Positions 11,206 through 21,000 of a stretch of 64,000 nucleotides of DNA are shown here, piece after piece. The notes under the pieces were generated by a model, which worked only from the letters and a program-made list of their open reading frames with translations, was not told where the DNA came from and made no database searches. The stretch is taken from the NCBI GenBank assembly GCA_000432255.1, contig HF989928.1, forward strand, positions 17,260 through 81,259. Direction: 5' to 3'. The translations under genes and the position numbers were made by a program. Every line of letters begins with the position of its first letter. Position 1 is the stretch's first letter. This DNA is from Acholeplasma sp. CAG:878 (lineage in GTDB: Bacteria > Bacillota_I > Bacilli_A > RF39 > UBA660).

Positions 11206-12261
11206 TTATTCTCCTCTAAGTTGTCTTGCTTGATCTTCGTTAATTAAAGCTTCTATGATTTCATCCATATCACCTTCTACAACTCTATCTAATTGTTTAG
11301 TTGTAAAAGATATTCTGTGGTCAGTTACACGGTTTTGAGGATAATTATAAGTTCTAATTTTTTCGCTTCTATCTCCAGTACCAATTTTATTTCTTCTTTC
11401 GGCGCCCAATTCTTTTTCTCTTTGTTGATTATAATAATCAAATAATCTTGTTTGCAATATTTTAATTGCTTTTTCTTTATTTTTAATTTGGCTTCTCTCA
11501 GTTTGTGAATAAACAACTATTCCAGTTGGAATATGTGTTAGTCTAACAGCTGAATCAGTCGTGTTTACTCCTTGTCCCCCACAGCCTGAACTTCTTGTTA
11601 TATCAATTCTAACTTCATTCATATCTAATTCATAGTCTAATTCTTCTGCTTCTGGCATAACTAATACGGTTGCTGTTGAAGTGTGCACTCTTCCTTGTGT
11701 TTCTGTTTCAGGTACTCTTTGAACTCTATGAGCTCCACTTTCATATTTTAATTTTGAGTAAACTCTATCACCTTTAATCATAAATTCGACTTGACTATAA
11801 CCTCCAGCTTCACCTGGTTCTTCATTAAGCATTTCAATAGTCCATCCTTGCTTATCAGCATATTTACTATACATATGAAATAAATCGCCAGCAAAAATAT
11901 TTGCTTCATCACCACCAGCTGCACCTCTTATTTCAACAATAACATTTTTATCATCATTTGGGTCTTTTGGTAATAGTATAACTTCAATATCACTTTCTAG
12001 TTTTTCTTTTCTTTCGTTTAAATTTGTTAATTCTTCTTTAGCAAATTCTTGTAAATCACTATCTTTTAACATTTCCTTTGCAGCTTCTATGTCTTCTAAA
12101 ATTTGTTTATACTCTTGGTAGGCTTGATATGCATCTTTTAAATTTGCTTGTTCTTTGGATAAATTAGTCATATTTTTTACATCTGATATAATCTCTGGTT
12201 TAGTTAATAAATCATTTATTTCATTATATCTTGATTCTATAATTTGTAATCTTTCTATCAT
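11206..12261 (-). CDS. prfA: Peptide chain release factor 1
   Basis: RVQRVPETETQGRVHTS and SGCGGQGVNTTDSAVRLTH (GGQ motif). Confidence 0.97.
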   Translation of the reverse strand: MIERLQIIESRYNEINDLLTKPEIISDVKNMTNLSKEQANLKDAYQAYQEYKQILEDIEAAKEMLKDSDLQEFAKEELTNLNERKEKLESDIEVILLPKDPNDDKNVIVEIRGAAGGDEANIFAGDLFHMYSKYADKQGWTIEMLNEEPGEAGGYSQVEFMIKGDRVYSKLKYESGAHRVQRVPETETQGRVHTSTATVLVMPEAEELDYELDMNEVRIDITRSSGCGGQGVNTTDSAVRLTHIPTGIVVYSQTERSQIKNKEKAIKILQTRLFDYYNQQREKELGAERRNKIGTGDRSEKIRTYNYPQNRVTDHRISFTTKQLDRVVEGDMDEIIEALINEDQARQLRGE

Positions 12262-12351
12262 TATTTCACCTTCTTTTTGAACAATTAAAATTATACTATA
12301 TTATAAGTTTTTTAGCAATAAAAAGACTATTATAATAAAAAAAATTGTAAA

Positions 12352-12732
12352 TTAATTACAACTTTCCATATAAGTATAAGTCAATTGATTGTATTGTCCG
12401 CTATTTTCAACTACAAAACATCCATTAATTTCTTCTTTATTAATTGGATTATATATTTTCCCATCTTTAGTTTTTCTAACATAACCATTAGTTATTAAGT
12501 CATTTACACTTATATTATATTTTCCATTTTCTTCAATTTCATCAATTATATCAGTATGGTCGGAAACATATCTAATTGCACTTTCTTTTAAGTTAGATAG
12601 TTGTTGTTGATAAGATTTCTCTTTTGCTTCCTTAATAAAACCTATTACAGAAGGCATTACTACAAAAGTTAGTAATCCTAATAAAATAATAACTGCTAAT
12701 AATTCAACTAATGTAAACCCTTTTTTTTTCAT
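12352..12732 (-). CDS. Prepilin-type N-terminal cleavage/methylation domain protein (ComGC / type IV pseudopilin-like)
   Basis: MKKKGFTLVELLAVIILLGLL class III signal. Paralogous C-terminus to 39359..39727 (..INGCFVV.. versus ..IPGCIIV.., both ending ESC). Confidence 0.8.
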   Translation of the reverse strand: MKKKGFTLVELLAVIILLGLLTFVVMPSVIGFIKEAKEKSYQQQLSNLKESAIRYVSDHTDIIDEIEENGKYNISVNDLITNGYVRKTKDGKIYNPINKEEINGCFVVENSGQYNQLTYTYMESCN

Positions 12733-12749
12733 TTTATTCATTCCTTTAC

Positions 12750-12777
12750 AAAAAAGAACCTATTTACAGGTCTTTTT
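12750..12777 (-). terminator. Terminator after tRNA-Trp
   Basis: Minus strand AAAGACCT-gtaaat-AGGTTCTT (1-nt bulge) followed by T6. Confidence 0.5.
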
Positions 12778-12788
12778 AAATTACTTAA

Positions 12789-12863
12789 TGGCAGGGAGTT
12801 TCAGATTCGAACTGAAATTCTCGGTTTTGGAGACCAAGCGAATAACCATTAACTCAACTCCCT
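12789..12863 (-). tRNA. trnW: tRNA-Trp (anticodon CCA), CCA end encoded
   Basis: Reverse complement is AGGGAGTTGAGTTAATGGTTATTCGCTTGGTCTCCAAAACCGAGAATTTCAGTTCGAATCTGAAACTCCCTGCCA. It has a 7-bp acceptor stem, anticodon loop CT-CCA-AA and T-loop GTTCGAATC. Confidence 0.9.
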
Positions 12864-12962
12864 ATATAAAGGTTAAAACCCATATAACAAGTTGATTATA
12901 TCATATATTTTTTAAATATTCAATATTTTTCTTTAATTTCATATAATAAAAGAGGTGATTTA

Positions 12963-13385
12963 ATGATAATTAAGTATAATACCAAAGAAAGAGATTTACT
13001 TGCTAGGTTAATGAGAGCTGAAGCTGTTGGTGAGGGAGACCTTGGAATGTTGATGGTTGGTAATGTTGTTGTGAATAGAGCTCTAGCTGATTGTTTAACT
13101 TTCAAAAATGTTACTACAATTACTGATGTTTTGTACCAAGCTAACCAATTTAGTGGTGTTGATAGTCCTTTATTTTTCAGTAGTCCAACAACTATTGAAA
13201 AAAGTTTAGCAAATCGAGTTTTAAGAGGGGATTATTTCTATCCGGCTACTAATGCTTTATGGTTTTATGCTCCTAGAACCGGTGAATATTGCAAGAGTGT
13301 GTGGTATGGTCAAACACTAGCTGGCAGATATAAAAGTCATTGTTTTTACAACCCTGAACCAGGGATTTGTAAAGATATACATTAA
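12963..13385 (+). CDS. Cell wall hydrolase, CwlJ/SleB (Hydrolase_2) family spore cortex-lytic enzyme
   Basis: ERDLLARLMRAEAVGEGDLGMLMVGNVVVNRA signature. RBS AAGAGGTGA. Confidence 0.85.
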   Translation: MIIKYNTKERDLLARLMRAEAVGEGDLGMLMVGNVVVNRALADCLTFKNVTTITDVLYQANQFSGVDSPLFFSSPTTIEKSLANRVLRGDYFYPATNALWFYAPRTGEYCKSVWYGQTLAGRYKSHCFYNPEPGICKDIH

Positions 13386-13414
13386 AATGAAGGAAAACTT
13401 CATTTTATTTTTAT
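13384..13414 (+). terminator. Bidirectional terminator between convergent genes
   Basis: AAAATGAAG-gaaaa-CTTCATTTT followed by ATTTTTATTT. Confidence 0.65.
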
Positions 13415-13942
13415 TTCATTTAAACTATTTATATAATTATTAAACTCTTTAAAAGATAAATTGGCATCAACCTTATAAAATTGTGTAACTGGTCTTGCTA
13501 TACCGCCTGATAGAGCAATAAAATAATCATTTATTTCTTTTAAAGCTTGTTCTTCACTTTCATATTCATATATTCCAACTTTTAAATAATTTGGGTGTTC
13601 AAGGTGATAGACTTTATCATCTTTATAATACAAAATAAAACAGTGCATATGTTCTTCAGCTTCTAAATCATCAAAGTCATCGCTTTCATAAATTCGCGTG
13701 CAATACATTTTATTTTGTATATTTAAGCTTTCTAGTAAATAGTGTATTAAATACACTTGTTCAACACAAGTTCCGATTTTGTGTTTTAAAACTTCTTCTA
13801 TTGAAGCTGTTTTGTATAATTTCCTTACATTTTTCATCTCACCCATATGTTTTTGTCCGTTGTAATCTAGCCAACCATATTTTATGTTTTCTACCATGAA
13901 TGCTAATATATCTTCTGGAGTTCTTATATCTTTTATTTGCAT
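13400..13942 (-). CDS. Hypothetical protein (possible transglutaminase-like / papain-fold Cys-His protein)
   Basis: Good RBS (GGTGG). Candidate Cys (IGTCVEQ) and His (EHMHCFILYY) spacing is reminiscent of transglutaminase-like proteins. Function is a guess. Confidence 0.5.
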   Translation of the reverse strand: MQIKDIRTPEDILAFMVENIKYGWLDYNGQKHMGEMKNVRKLYKTASIEEVLKHKIGTCVEQVYLIHYLLESLNIQNKMYCTRIYESDDFDDLEAEEHMHCFILYYKDDKVYHLEHPNYLKVGIYEYESEEQALKEINDYFIALSGGIARPVTQFYKVDANLSFKEFNNYINSLNEIKIK

Positions 13943-13986
13943 ATAACCACCATATCTATACTACTAGATTATTTATCTATTTGCAA

Positions 13987-14008
13987 GAAAAAAAGAAGAT
14001 TTCTCTTC
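13987..14008 (-). terminator. Terminator of the (split) amidase gene
   Basis: Minus strand GAAGA-gaaa-TCTTC followed by T7, directly after the TAA at 14012-14014. Confidence 0.55.
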
Positions 14009-14011
14009 AAT

Positions 14012-14938
14012 TTAGATTTTTAAGACTTGACCTATACTTAATATATTACTTGTTAAATTATTTTTTCTTTTTATTTCATCTACAGTTGTGTTGTAATTTC
14101 TTGCAATACTATATAAATTATCACCTTTTTTTACTGTATATGTGTTTGCCTTAGTAGATGGAATTAGTAATTTTTGATTGATACTTAATATATTACTTGT
14201 TAAATTGTTTAATGATTTTATTTCATCTACAGTTGTATTGTATTTGTTTGCAATACTGTATAGATTATCTCCTTTTTTAACTATATAAGTTTGATAACCT
14301 TCTGATGGTGTGGGTACTGTTTTTGTAGGAATTAATAGTCTTTGACCTATACTTAAATTAGTAGTTGATAGGTTGTTATAGTCTACTATATCCTTTACAT
14401 CTAGGTTATATCTTCTTGCAATGTTATATAGATTATCACCTGATACTACAGTATAAACTGTATAATCACCTGGTTCGACCGGAACTTCTGTTTGTGGAAT
14501 TTTTAGGACTTGGCCTATATTTAACAGATTACTTGTTAAATTGTTTGCAGCTTTTAATTGTTCTACAGTTGTGTTGTATTTTTTAGCTATACTCCAGAGG
14601 CTATCACCCTTTTTTACTGTATATGTATTTTGAGTTGATGGTAATCCTATATATTCGCTAACTGCTCTAACTACTGCTTCTGCATATCGTTCATAATTGT
14701 TTTTTAACCTATTGGCATCAGCTTCTGTGTCTAGAAATCCATATTCTACTATAATTGGTTCTGTTATACCTGTGTTTCTATGTATAAAATAGTAATCTTT
14801 TGATGTGTTGCTTGGTAATCTTCTTTGATATGCTTTTCTAAGTACTTGGCCTTCCTTACCGATTTCTTCTAAAACTAAGTCTGATAATTCATTATTATTG
14901 CGTAGAGCGTATATTACTTCGGCACCTTCGCCACCTCC
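14012..14938 (-). pseudogene. C-terminal 308 codons of N-acetylmuramoyl-L-alanine amidase (Amidase_3 second half + 4 LysM), separated from its 5' part by the mobile element
   Basis: Own translation gives GGGEGAEVIYALRNNNELSDLVLEEIGKEGQVLRKAYQRRLPSNTSKDYYFIHRNTGITEPIIVEYGFLDTEADANRLKNNYERYAEAVVRAVSEYIGLP, then 4 units of YTVKKGD.LYSIA..YNTTV.E....NNLTSN.L.IGQ.L.IP, then TAA. It contains no ATG or GTG and so is missing from the ORF track. 927 nt is in frame. Confidence 0.9.
14015..14625 (-). repeat. Four tandem LysM-coding repeat units (about 130-160 nt period)
   Basis: Recurrent DNA blocks such as acttgttaaatt...atttcatctacagttgt.ttgta...ttgcaatact..ta.a.attatc.cc. They translate to LysM modules on the minus strand. 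Confidence 0.85.
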
Positions 14939-14958
14939 GGAAAGATTTTATGTGATTA
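14934..14958. other. attL: 5-bp crossover core CCTCC (14934-14938) plus element-side arm TTATGTGATTA (14948-14958)
   Basis: The core is shared with 32943-32947. The arm is the inverted partner of TAACCACATAA at 32920-32930. Confidence 0.75.
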
Positions 14959-15002
14959 GGCTATCATTTTTTTCTTGATTTTACTGCATTTTTATTTTTT
15001 CT

Positions 15003-15056
15003 AAAAATAGTATAGGGGATGGTAAGATTGTGTGATTAACAATTTTACCACCCTAT
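15003..15056 (-). terminator. Long hairpin / terminator after the recombinase gene
   Basis: ATAGGG(GA)TGGTAA...TTACCACCCTAT arms with an inner ATTGT/ACAAT stem. T-rich on both sides. Confidence 0.45.
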
Positions 15057-15065
15057 TTTTATTAT

Positions 15066-16691
15066 TTAATTTATTTCTTCATAATTAGTTTTTATATCTT
15101 CTAGCACCTTAAATCTATATTGAATTTCTATATTTCTATCTTTATCAATATAAATATTTTTTACTAAAGTTTTTATGAGTTCTCTGTTGGGTTCATCTAA
15201 ATTTAAAAGTGATTTTATTTGTTTTTCATGTTTAGCTATTTCTTTTGTATCTTCTTTAATCTGATTTTCTTCATTATCAATTTCATTAATTTTATAATTT
15301 AAGGCTGATATTTGTTTTTCCGTTTGTGTCGACATTCTTGTATAAGTATCAACACTTATTATTCCATTAAATTTGTCATCATATAAAGCATCAGATTTTC
15401 TTTTTAATTCATCAATCTCATTTAATAATTGTTGCTTTTCCTTTTGCCTATCATTCTTTTCCTTTGCTCTATCTTGTAATACTCTTTCAGATAACTCTTT
15501 GATATTTAAACTATCTAAATATTTTTGACAAGTAGTTTTAATAACACTCATTATTTTTTCTTCTAGTTTATCATAAGGAAAGAAATGTGGATAACACAAA
15601 TGTCTTCTTGGATCTCTTGCATATTTATTGCAATTAACACTCCAATATTCTCCATCCTTATAGTTTTTATTTTTTCTATAAAGAACACTTAAAGAATTTC
15701 CGCATTCTTTGCATACAAGTAGATTTTCTAATAATCTTTTTTCTCTATTACAATGAGTTGTTCTTACTCTTGCAGGAGCATTTTGTATTGCTTCAAACAC
15801 TGTCTTACTAACTAGAGGTTCATGAGTGTTTTCTACTATTATCCAAAACTCTTTTTCTAAAGCAACTTTCTTTTGAGATTTATAGCTTAATTTTGTTTGA
15901 ACATTTTGTACCATATCCCCTATATACATTCTATTTTTTAATAATTTATTTACTGAGGATATTGTCCATACATTCACTTTTTGTCTTGAAGATGATTTAG
16001 TATTTTTATACATACTAGGACTTAATACCTTATTATCATTTAAGTATGATACTATATCACTTACTCCAGTTCCAGAAAGAGCCATTTTAAATATATTTTT
16101 AACAACGGGAGCAACTTCTGGATCGGGTATTAAATGTCCTTTATCAAGTGGATCTCTCATATATCCATAACATGGTTTACTACCTATAAATTTACCTTGC
16201 TCTTTTTTATTTTTTAGTATTGAACGAATCTTCTTAGAAGTATCTTTACTAGTCATATCATTAAACAAAGCTTTAAATGGAGCAATGTCATTATTAGCGC
16301 TTTCTAGAAATGTATCAACTTGATCTAGTATAGAAATATATCTAATTTTCTTTTGTGGAAAATATTGTTCTACATAATAACCACATTGAATGTAATCTCT
16401 ACCTAATCTTGATAAGTCTTTCGTGATTACACAATTGATTCGACCACTTTCAATATCTTTTAATAATCTTTGAAAAGAAGGTCTATCAAAGTTAGTTCCA
16501 GTAAATCCATCATCTACATATTCATCAACCAAAGTATATCCACTCATTTTTACATAATCCATTAATAAATTTCTTTGATTGATTATACTTTCACTCTCTG
16601 ACTCATAAGTTTTATCTTCATCACTTTCTGATAATCTGATATATAAACCTACTCTATAAAAACTTGGTGCTTGTATTATATTGTTATACAC
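15066..16691 (-). CDS. Large serine recombinase (resolvase N-domain + recombinase domain + zinc ribbon + coiled coil)
   Basis: VGLYIRLSESDED catalytic-Ser region, VITKDLSRLGRDY, CKECGNSL...CNKY zinc ribbon, and a K/E-rich coiled-coil tail. GTG start is preceded by GGAAGGAG. Confidence 0.93.
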   Translation of the reverse strand: MYNNIIQAPSFYRVGLYIRLSESDEDKTYESESESIINQRNLLMDYVKMSGYTLVDEYVDDGFTGTNFDRPSFQRLLKDIESGRINCVITKDLSRLGRDYIQCGYYVEQYFPQKKIRYISILDQVDTFLESANNDIAPFKALFNDMTSKDTSKKIRSILKNKKEQGKFIGSKPCYGYMRDPLDKGHLIPDPEVAPVVKNIFKMALSGTGVSDIVSYLNDNKVLSPSMYKNTKSSSRQKVNVWTISSVNKLLKNRMYIGDMVQNVQTKLSYKSQKKVALEKEFWIIVENTHEPLVSKTVFEAIQNAPARVRTTHCNREKRLLENLLVCKECGNSLSVLYRKNKNYKDGEYWSVNCNKYARDPRRHLCYPHFFPYDKLEEKIMSVIKTTCQKYLDSLNIKELSERVLQDRAKEKNDRQKEKQQLLNEIDELKRKSDALYDDKFNGIISVDTYTRMSTQTEKQISALNYKINEIDNEENQIKEDTKEIAKHEKQIKSLLNLDEPNRELIKTLVKNIYIDKDRNIEIQYRFKVLEDIKTNYEEIN

Positions 16692-16941
16692 TTACTACTC
16701 CTTCCAATGTGCATAACTTCAATAAGCAATATCATTATACCACAAACTTTTACTGCTTACTATTTTCTAACATCAATTTTAAGTACTCCTCTATTAAATC
16801 AACCAAGTTTTTATCTTTATCGAAAGTTTCAGTTATATTCACTAATCTACACCTCTCCTTTCATTTTATGAAATAAGAACGACTATAAGACTTTATTATC
16901 AAAATTAGAGCATAAAAAAATTAGTTATATTTCAAACTAAT

Positions 16942-17514
16942 CTAGTAATAGAAAATATTATATTCTTTTAATCTATTTCGTTTTCGCTTAACATTTTGAA
17001 GTTCTAATTTGTAAAATTCTAGTTTTTTTAAATAATCTTTACGGAAATAGTTTTCACTTAACCATTTAACGCCTTCTTTAGAAATTATTACTTTACCATC
17101 TTTTAAATACTTAAATGATTGATTATTTCTTTTTTCCATTCTATTAACTGCAACACCAATAACATTTTTACTTCTATTAAAATAACTTCTTAAATCATAT
17201 AAAGATATATCTTTATATTCAAATTTATTATGAGGAAAATTAAGCTCGTCTTCTAATCTTAATATTTGTTTTTTAAAGAAAACAATTTCAGCATCTAAAT
17301 AAAATAGATTGTTATTTAAATAAACTTCTTCTATCCATTCTACAAGTTCCAATTTTAGATATACTACTCTTTCACCATTCTGAGCAAAATGTTCATCAAT
17401 CCATCTCTCATTTGGATGTCTTCTTTCTAATCTTTTCACTAATCTCTTATACTGTTTCTCACTCATATTAAACTTCTGTAAAACACGCCACTTCTCCATT
17501 GATTTAAATTCCAT
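16942..17514 (-). CDS. Hypothetical DNA-binding-like protein with internal duplication (candidate element regulator or RDF)
   Basis: ATG at 17514 (MEFKSMEKW) is preceded by AAAGGAG. Two halves each end in a similar segment: ERVVYLKLELVEWIEEVY and GKVIISKEGVKWLSENYF. No family recognised. Confidence 0.6.
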   Translation of the reverse strand: MEFKSMEKWRVLQKFNMSEKQYKRLVKRLERRHPNERWIDEHFAQNGERVVYLKLELVEWIEEVYLNNNLFYLDAEIVFFKKQILRLEDELNFPHNKFEYKDISLYDLRSYFNRSKNVIGVAVNRMEKRNNQSFKYLKDGKVIISKEGVKWLSENYFRKDYLKKLEFYKLELQNVKRKRNRLKEYNIFYY

Positions 17515-17785
17515 ATTTCTCCTTTCATTTCTTATCACATTTTAGGTTACAATTAAATCCTCTTTTTAGGTTACATAACCGTGTAATACAATATATCAAG
17601 CATGGTGTATACACACCCATCTAGCTTGTTAGGGAATATCCCTAAAACCCACTAATAATCTCCGACAGTTTAGAAATTTTTTAATCAAATTTTCATTTAA
17701 TATTTCAACTATTTCATAAAATTCATTATCAATTTTTAAAAATATAACTCACCCTCTTTCTTTGATAAAAATAAACATGGACATG

Positions 17786-17811
17786 AAAAAAGAGAGATAA
17801 AAAAATCTCTC
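17786..17811 (-). terminator. Rho-independent terminator inside the element's intergenic region
   Basis: Minus strand GAGAGAT-tttttt-ATCTCTC followed by T6. Confidence 0.65.
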
Positions 17812-17845
17812 AAATAATCCTTCTTTATAATTACCCTATATTACC

Positions 17846-17874
17846 ATAATACCACAAAATAATAGGAATTGCAA
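17846..17874 (-). promoter_or_regulatory. Promoter-operator module A (extended -10 sigma-A type)
   Basis: Minus strand TTGCAA-17 nt-(TGg)TATTAT. Overlapped by the inverted repeat TCCTAT-N22-ATAGGG (17834-17867). Confidence 0.6.
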
Positions 17875-17991
17875 TGGCACGATTTTCATCAAATGCTTCA
17901 CTATCCATTATAAAATAAGGGCTTGTAAAAGAAAAAATAATTTGCAAAAATACAAATTATTTCTATCATCTTACAACTTTCCTATATTATC

Positions 17992-18020
17992 ATTTTAGCA
18001 CAAAATCATAGGACAGTCAA
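17992..18020 (-). promoter_or_regulatory. Promoter-operator module B (extended -10 sigma-A type)
   Basis: Minus strand TTGACT-17 nt-(TGc)TAAAAT. Overlapped by the inverted repeat TCCTAT-N22-ATAGGA (17980-18013). About 75% identical to module A, 146 bp away. Confidence 0.65.
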
Positions 18021-18078
18021 CGGACATGATGCAATATTAACCTTCTTTTCCTGAAATTCTATTGAATTTATATATTAT

Positions 18079-21000
18079 TTAATGCACTCTAAATTCATCA
18101 ATTAATACACCTGCAATTTCATTGTCATGAGCTATCAATATACATAAAATATCTTCATAAGACTTAATTAATTCTTCATCTAATTTTATTTTATCGCTAT
18201 ATTTTGTAAATGATTTAATAATTATCATATTAATAATAATATCTACATCGCCTTTTAATTCTTTTTCTAGAATATTATAGTTACTATTGTTGTAAGATAA
18301 GATTTCTTTTACACTAATTAAAATTTCAGGTAGTAATTCATCAACATTCAGTAAATATAAAGATTTAATAGCATCCCTTATATAATAAATTCCGTACTTT
18401 GAAAACTGCCTGTTTAAAAACATTTTATCTTCATAGCTATAACTTGTTTTTATCTCCGAAGGATTCCACTTACAATCTCTTGATGCATTAAAGAAAAGAC
18501 ATTTATATAATTGCTTTTTTACTTTTTCATTTTTAATATTAACAATTCTTTTTTCAACTTCTGATATCTTCTTTTTACAGATATTTCTCCTAGAAGCATT
18601 ATTATAAGAATCATAAAATTCAGCAATAAAACCACCCATAATTTTCTGATAAAATTCTATTGCTTCCTCTTGAAATATTTCAAAATTAATATCTTTAAAC
18701 AAAAAATCAATCACATTTTCATTATATTCTAATGTGTAAATTAATTCTTTTTGTATAAAAGAAACTAATTCAAATTCACTATATGTATCAATGATTTCAT
18801 AATATAGCCTATCTTCTTTACAAGAGTCATATATATTTATCATGCATTTCAACAATTCTTTTAGAATTTTTTCAAAAGATTTGTTACTTAAAGTCATTCC
18901 ACAATTAACAATTTTAAATAGTAATTGTATATCATAATCATCAATATTGAACTGATCAAAATTTAATTTTTTTTCATCAAACAAATAATCTTGTATAACT
19001 TGTTCTTTTAAGCTTTCATACTTTTTTTCGCGACTTTCTTCAAGTTGATAATCCACACCAGAAAGATTGGGCACAAAATTAGGCTTAAATACAAATCCAG
19101 ACTCTTTAACATACGTAGCATTATATTTTTGATGATTCATTTCGTCTTCTGAAAGTTTGATGATAGTATTAAATATAATTCTAGATAAGTTAGAATTACC
19201 TAACAAATACTGAGATATTTTTAATTGTATTTGTTTAATAATACCATCATGTGTATCATTTATAATGCATTTCAAAATTATTGTTTTAATTTTATTTTTT
19301 ATTTCATCACTTGTATCTTCATATAATTGACCTAATAAAATATTAATTAATTGTGGTTCAAAAATAAAAACTTCGTTTTCAAATATTTTTTCCAGTCCAG
19401 TAATCCAGAAATCACAAAAATTATTTCTTTCTAATGTAGATAATTTTTCTTCTTTTAGGGCTATGGAGATAAAACATATTAAGATGGATTCATATCCACT
19501 AGTTCTATCACTATTGCTATTTATAATACCATTTAATTCTTCAATACAATTTAGGAGCTTATCTCTATCGTTTTTTCCTCTTTTTCTATCTCTAATATAA
19601 TTATCAATTTTATTTTCTAATTCAACATAAATCTCATTTTGTTTTTCATGTAAATCTGTCACTTTTTTTGCTTCACCAGTAATTTTAGTTTCAATCATTG
19701 ATGTATTTTTATCAACTTCAGTTATTACAGCATTTCGCATATCGATTTTTTGTATTTGAAGATAATTAATTGCATTATCCTCAGTATTAGTAATAATAGT
19801 ATATAAATAATCCAATATTTTAAAAACCCGTTTTTGAAAATCAAAACCAAAACTAATTTGCAAACTTATAGCATAATTTTCAATATGAATTGCACATTTT
19901 TTATCTAATTCATATCTATATTTTATTTCTGGCAACCCAATTTTTAATAATAATTGTTTTTCTAGCATTTGTAATTGAGAGTTATTTAAATATAAGGAAT
20001 ATCTATGAGTATCCCAATTTATAATATCAATACTCGTAACTAAATCTAAGGCATATCCAGGAAACTCATTTTGAAAATGTAGTCCTATATTCTCTATTAC
20101 TGTCAATAAAATTACGTTATTTGATTTTGAATAAATTTTATTTTTAATATTTAATAGTATCTTTTCAACATTTTCTTTATCAGATAAATTCTGTTGAATA
20201 AAATTAATTATGGAATCTTTAATATAAAATACAATATCACTTAACAAATCAGGAACATATCCGTCCCTTGTACCAGCCATCCACATATTATTATTTCCAT
20301 AATATTGCTTAATTTCATTTGTATCAATAAATTTTATTTTTACTTTAAGAACATTGTCGGGTGAGTTTTCTGCATAAACGTCAACAGAATTATTTATAAA
20401 ATCAATTGCCCAATCTAATCCAATATAAAAGTTTACTCTAAAAAGATTCCACAACAAAACATTTTTATTTGGTGTTTGAAATGAATACTTATAATCTTCA
20501 CATAATCCATAATCATTCTCGACATTACTATGATAATAAAATTCATTATTTGAGTTTTTTTTGATCCACAGAGTATTAGCAATAAAACACATTTCATGTG
20601 GCAATTCTTTAACAAGATTATAGTGTGCATTTTCTGAAATCCATTGTAATATTTCTTCCAACATTCTCTGATTTTTTTTACTTTCGCTGTTATAATCCTC
20701 TAATAATTTAGTGAAAAAGTTCTTTAACCATTCAGAACAAGTTTCTGAAAGTTTGAAAAGTACAACAAGATATTTATCAATATATTCAATGACATTGAAC
20801 CACTCTTTATCGACTTTTTGGAAAGCATCATCAACAAAAAATTCTAAAATTGAACAAACAAGTATATCAATTTCTTTTAATCTGTTATTGTTTTGATTTG
20901 TATAGTCTAAACAAAGTTTTGCAACTTTAGACTCATTAATAGCATTTTTTAAATATAACTTTTCTTGAGCAATTATTTTTATTATATTTTTACGACTTCC

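Noticed and set aside
11325-11516. 63-aa ORF nested in prfA on the same strand. Similar cases are 20433..20630 in the NACHT gene and 48739..48936 at the ezrA start.
   Set aside because: These are alternative-frame ORFs inside or overlapping well-supported genes, with Lys/Ile-rich low-complexity products.
12789-12863. Possibility of genetic code 4 (TGA = Trp), given the Mollicutes-like traits.
   Set aside because: The only tRNA-Trp here has anticodon CCA. TGA also terminates conserved genes at the expected ends (rluA-family, gatC, mod), and Trp in conserved motifs is TGG.
13900-14586. Plus-strand ORFs 13900..14154 and 14365..14586 from the track.
   Set aside because: They are low-complexity Leu/Tyr/Phe-rich antisense shadows of the minus-strand LysM-coding repeats, which translate into four clean LysM modules.
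14015-14625. Regularly spaced DNA repeats that could be mistaken for a CRISPR array.
   Set aside because: The units are about 130-160 nt, imperfect and coding (LysM modules). There is no short-repeat/spacer structure and there are no cas genes.
14947-14959. 13-bp direct repeat TTTATGTGATTAG at 14947-14959 and 32952-32964, which looks like a target-site duplication or crossover site of the element.
   Set aside because: Joining the amidase halves there gives ..NHIKSFRRWRR.., which is out of frame. Joining at the GGAGG core restores the conserved NAGGGEGAEV motif in frame. The repeat is explained as the attP arm (14948-14958) resembling the host attB arm.
15031-15041. Third copy of the att-arm-like motif (TGTGATTAA) inside the hairpin after the recombinase gene, as a possible accessory recombinase site.
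   Set aside because: It is only a 9-nt partial match embedded in a terminator stem-loop, which chance similarity in AT-rich sequence can explain.
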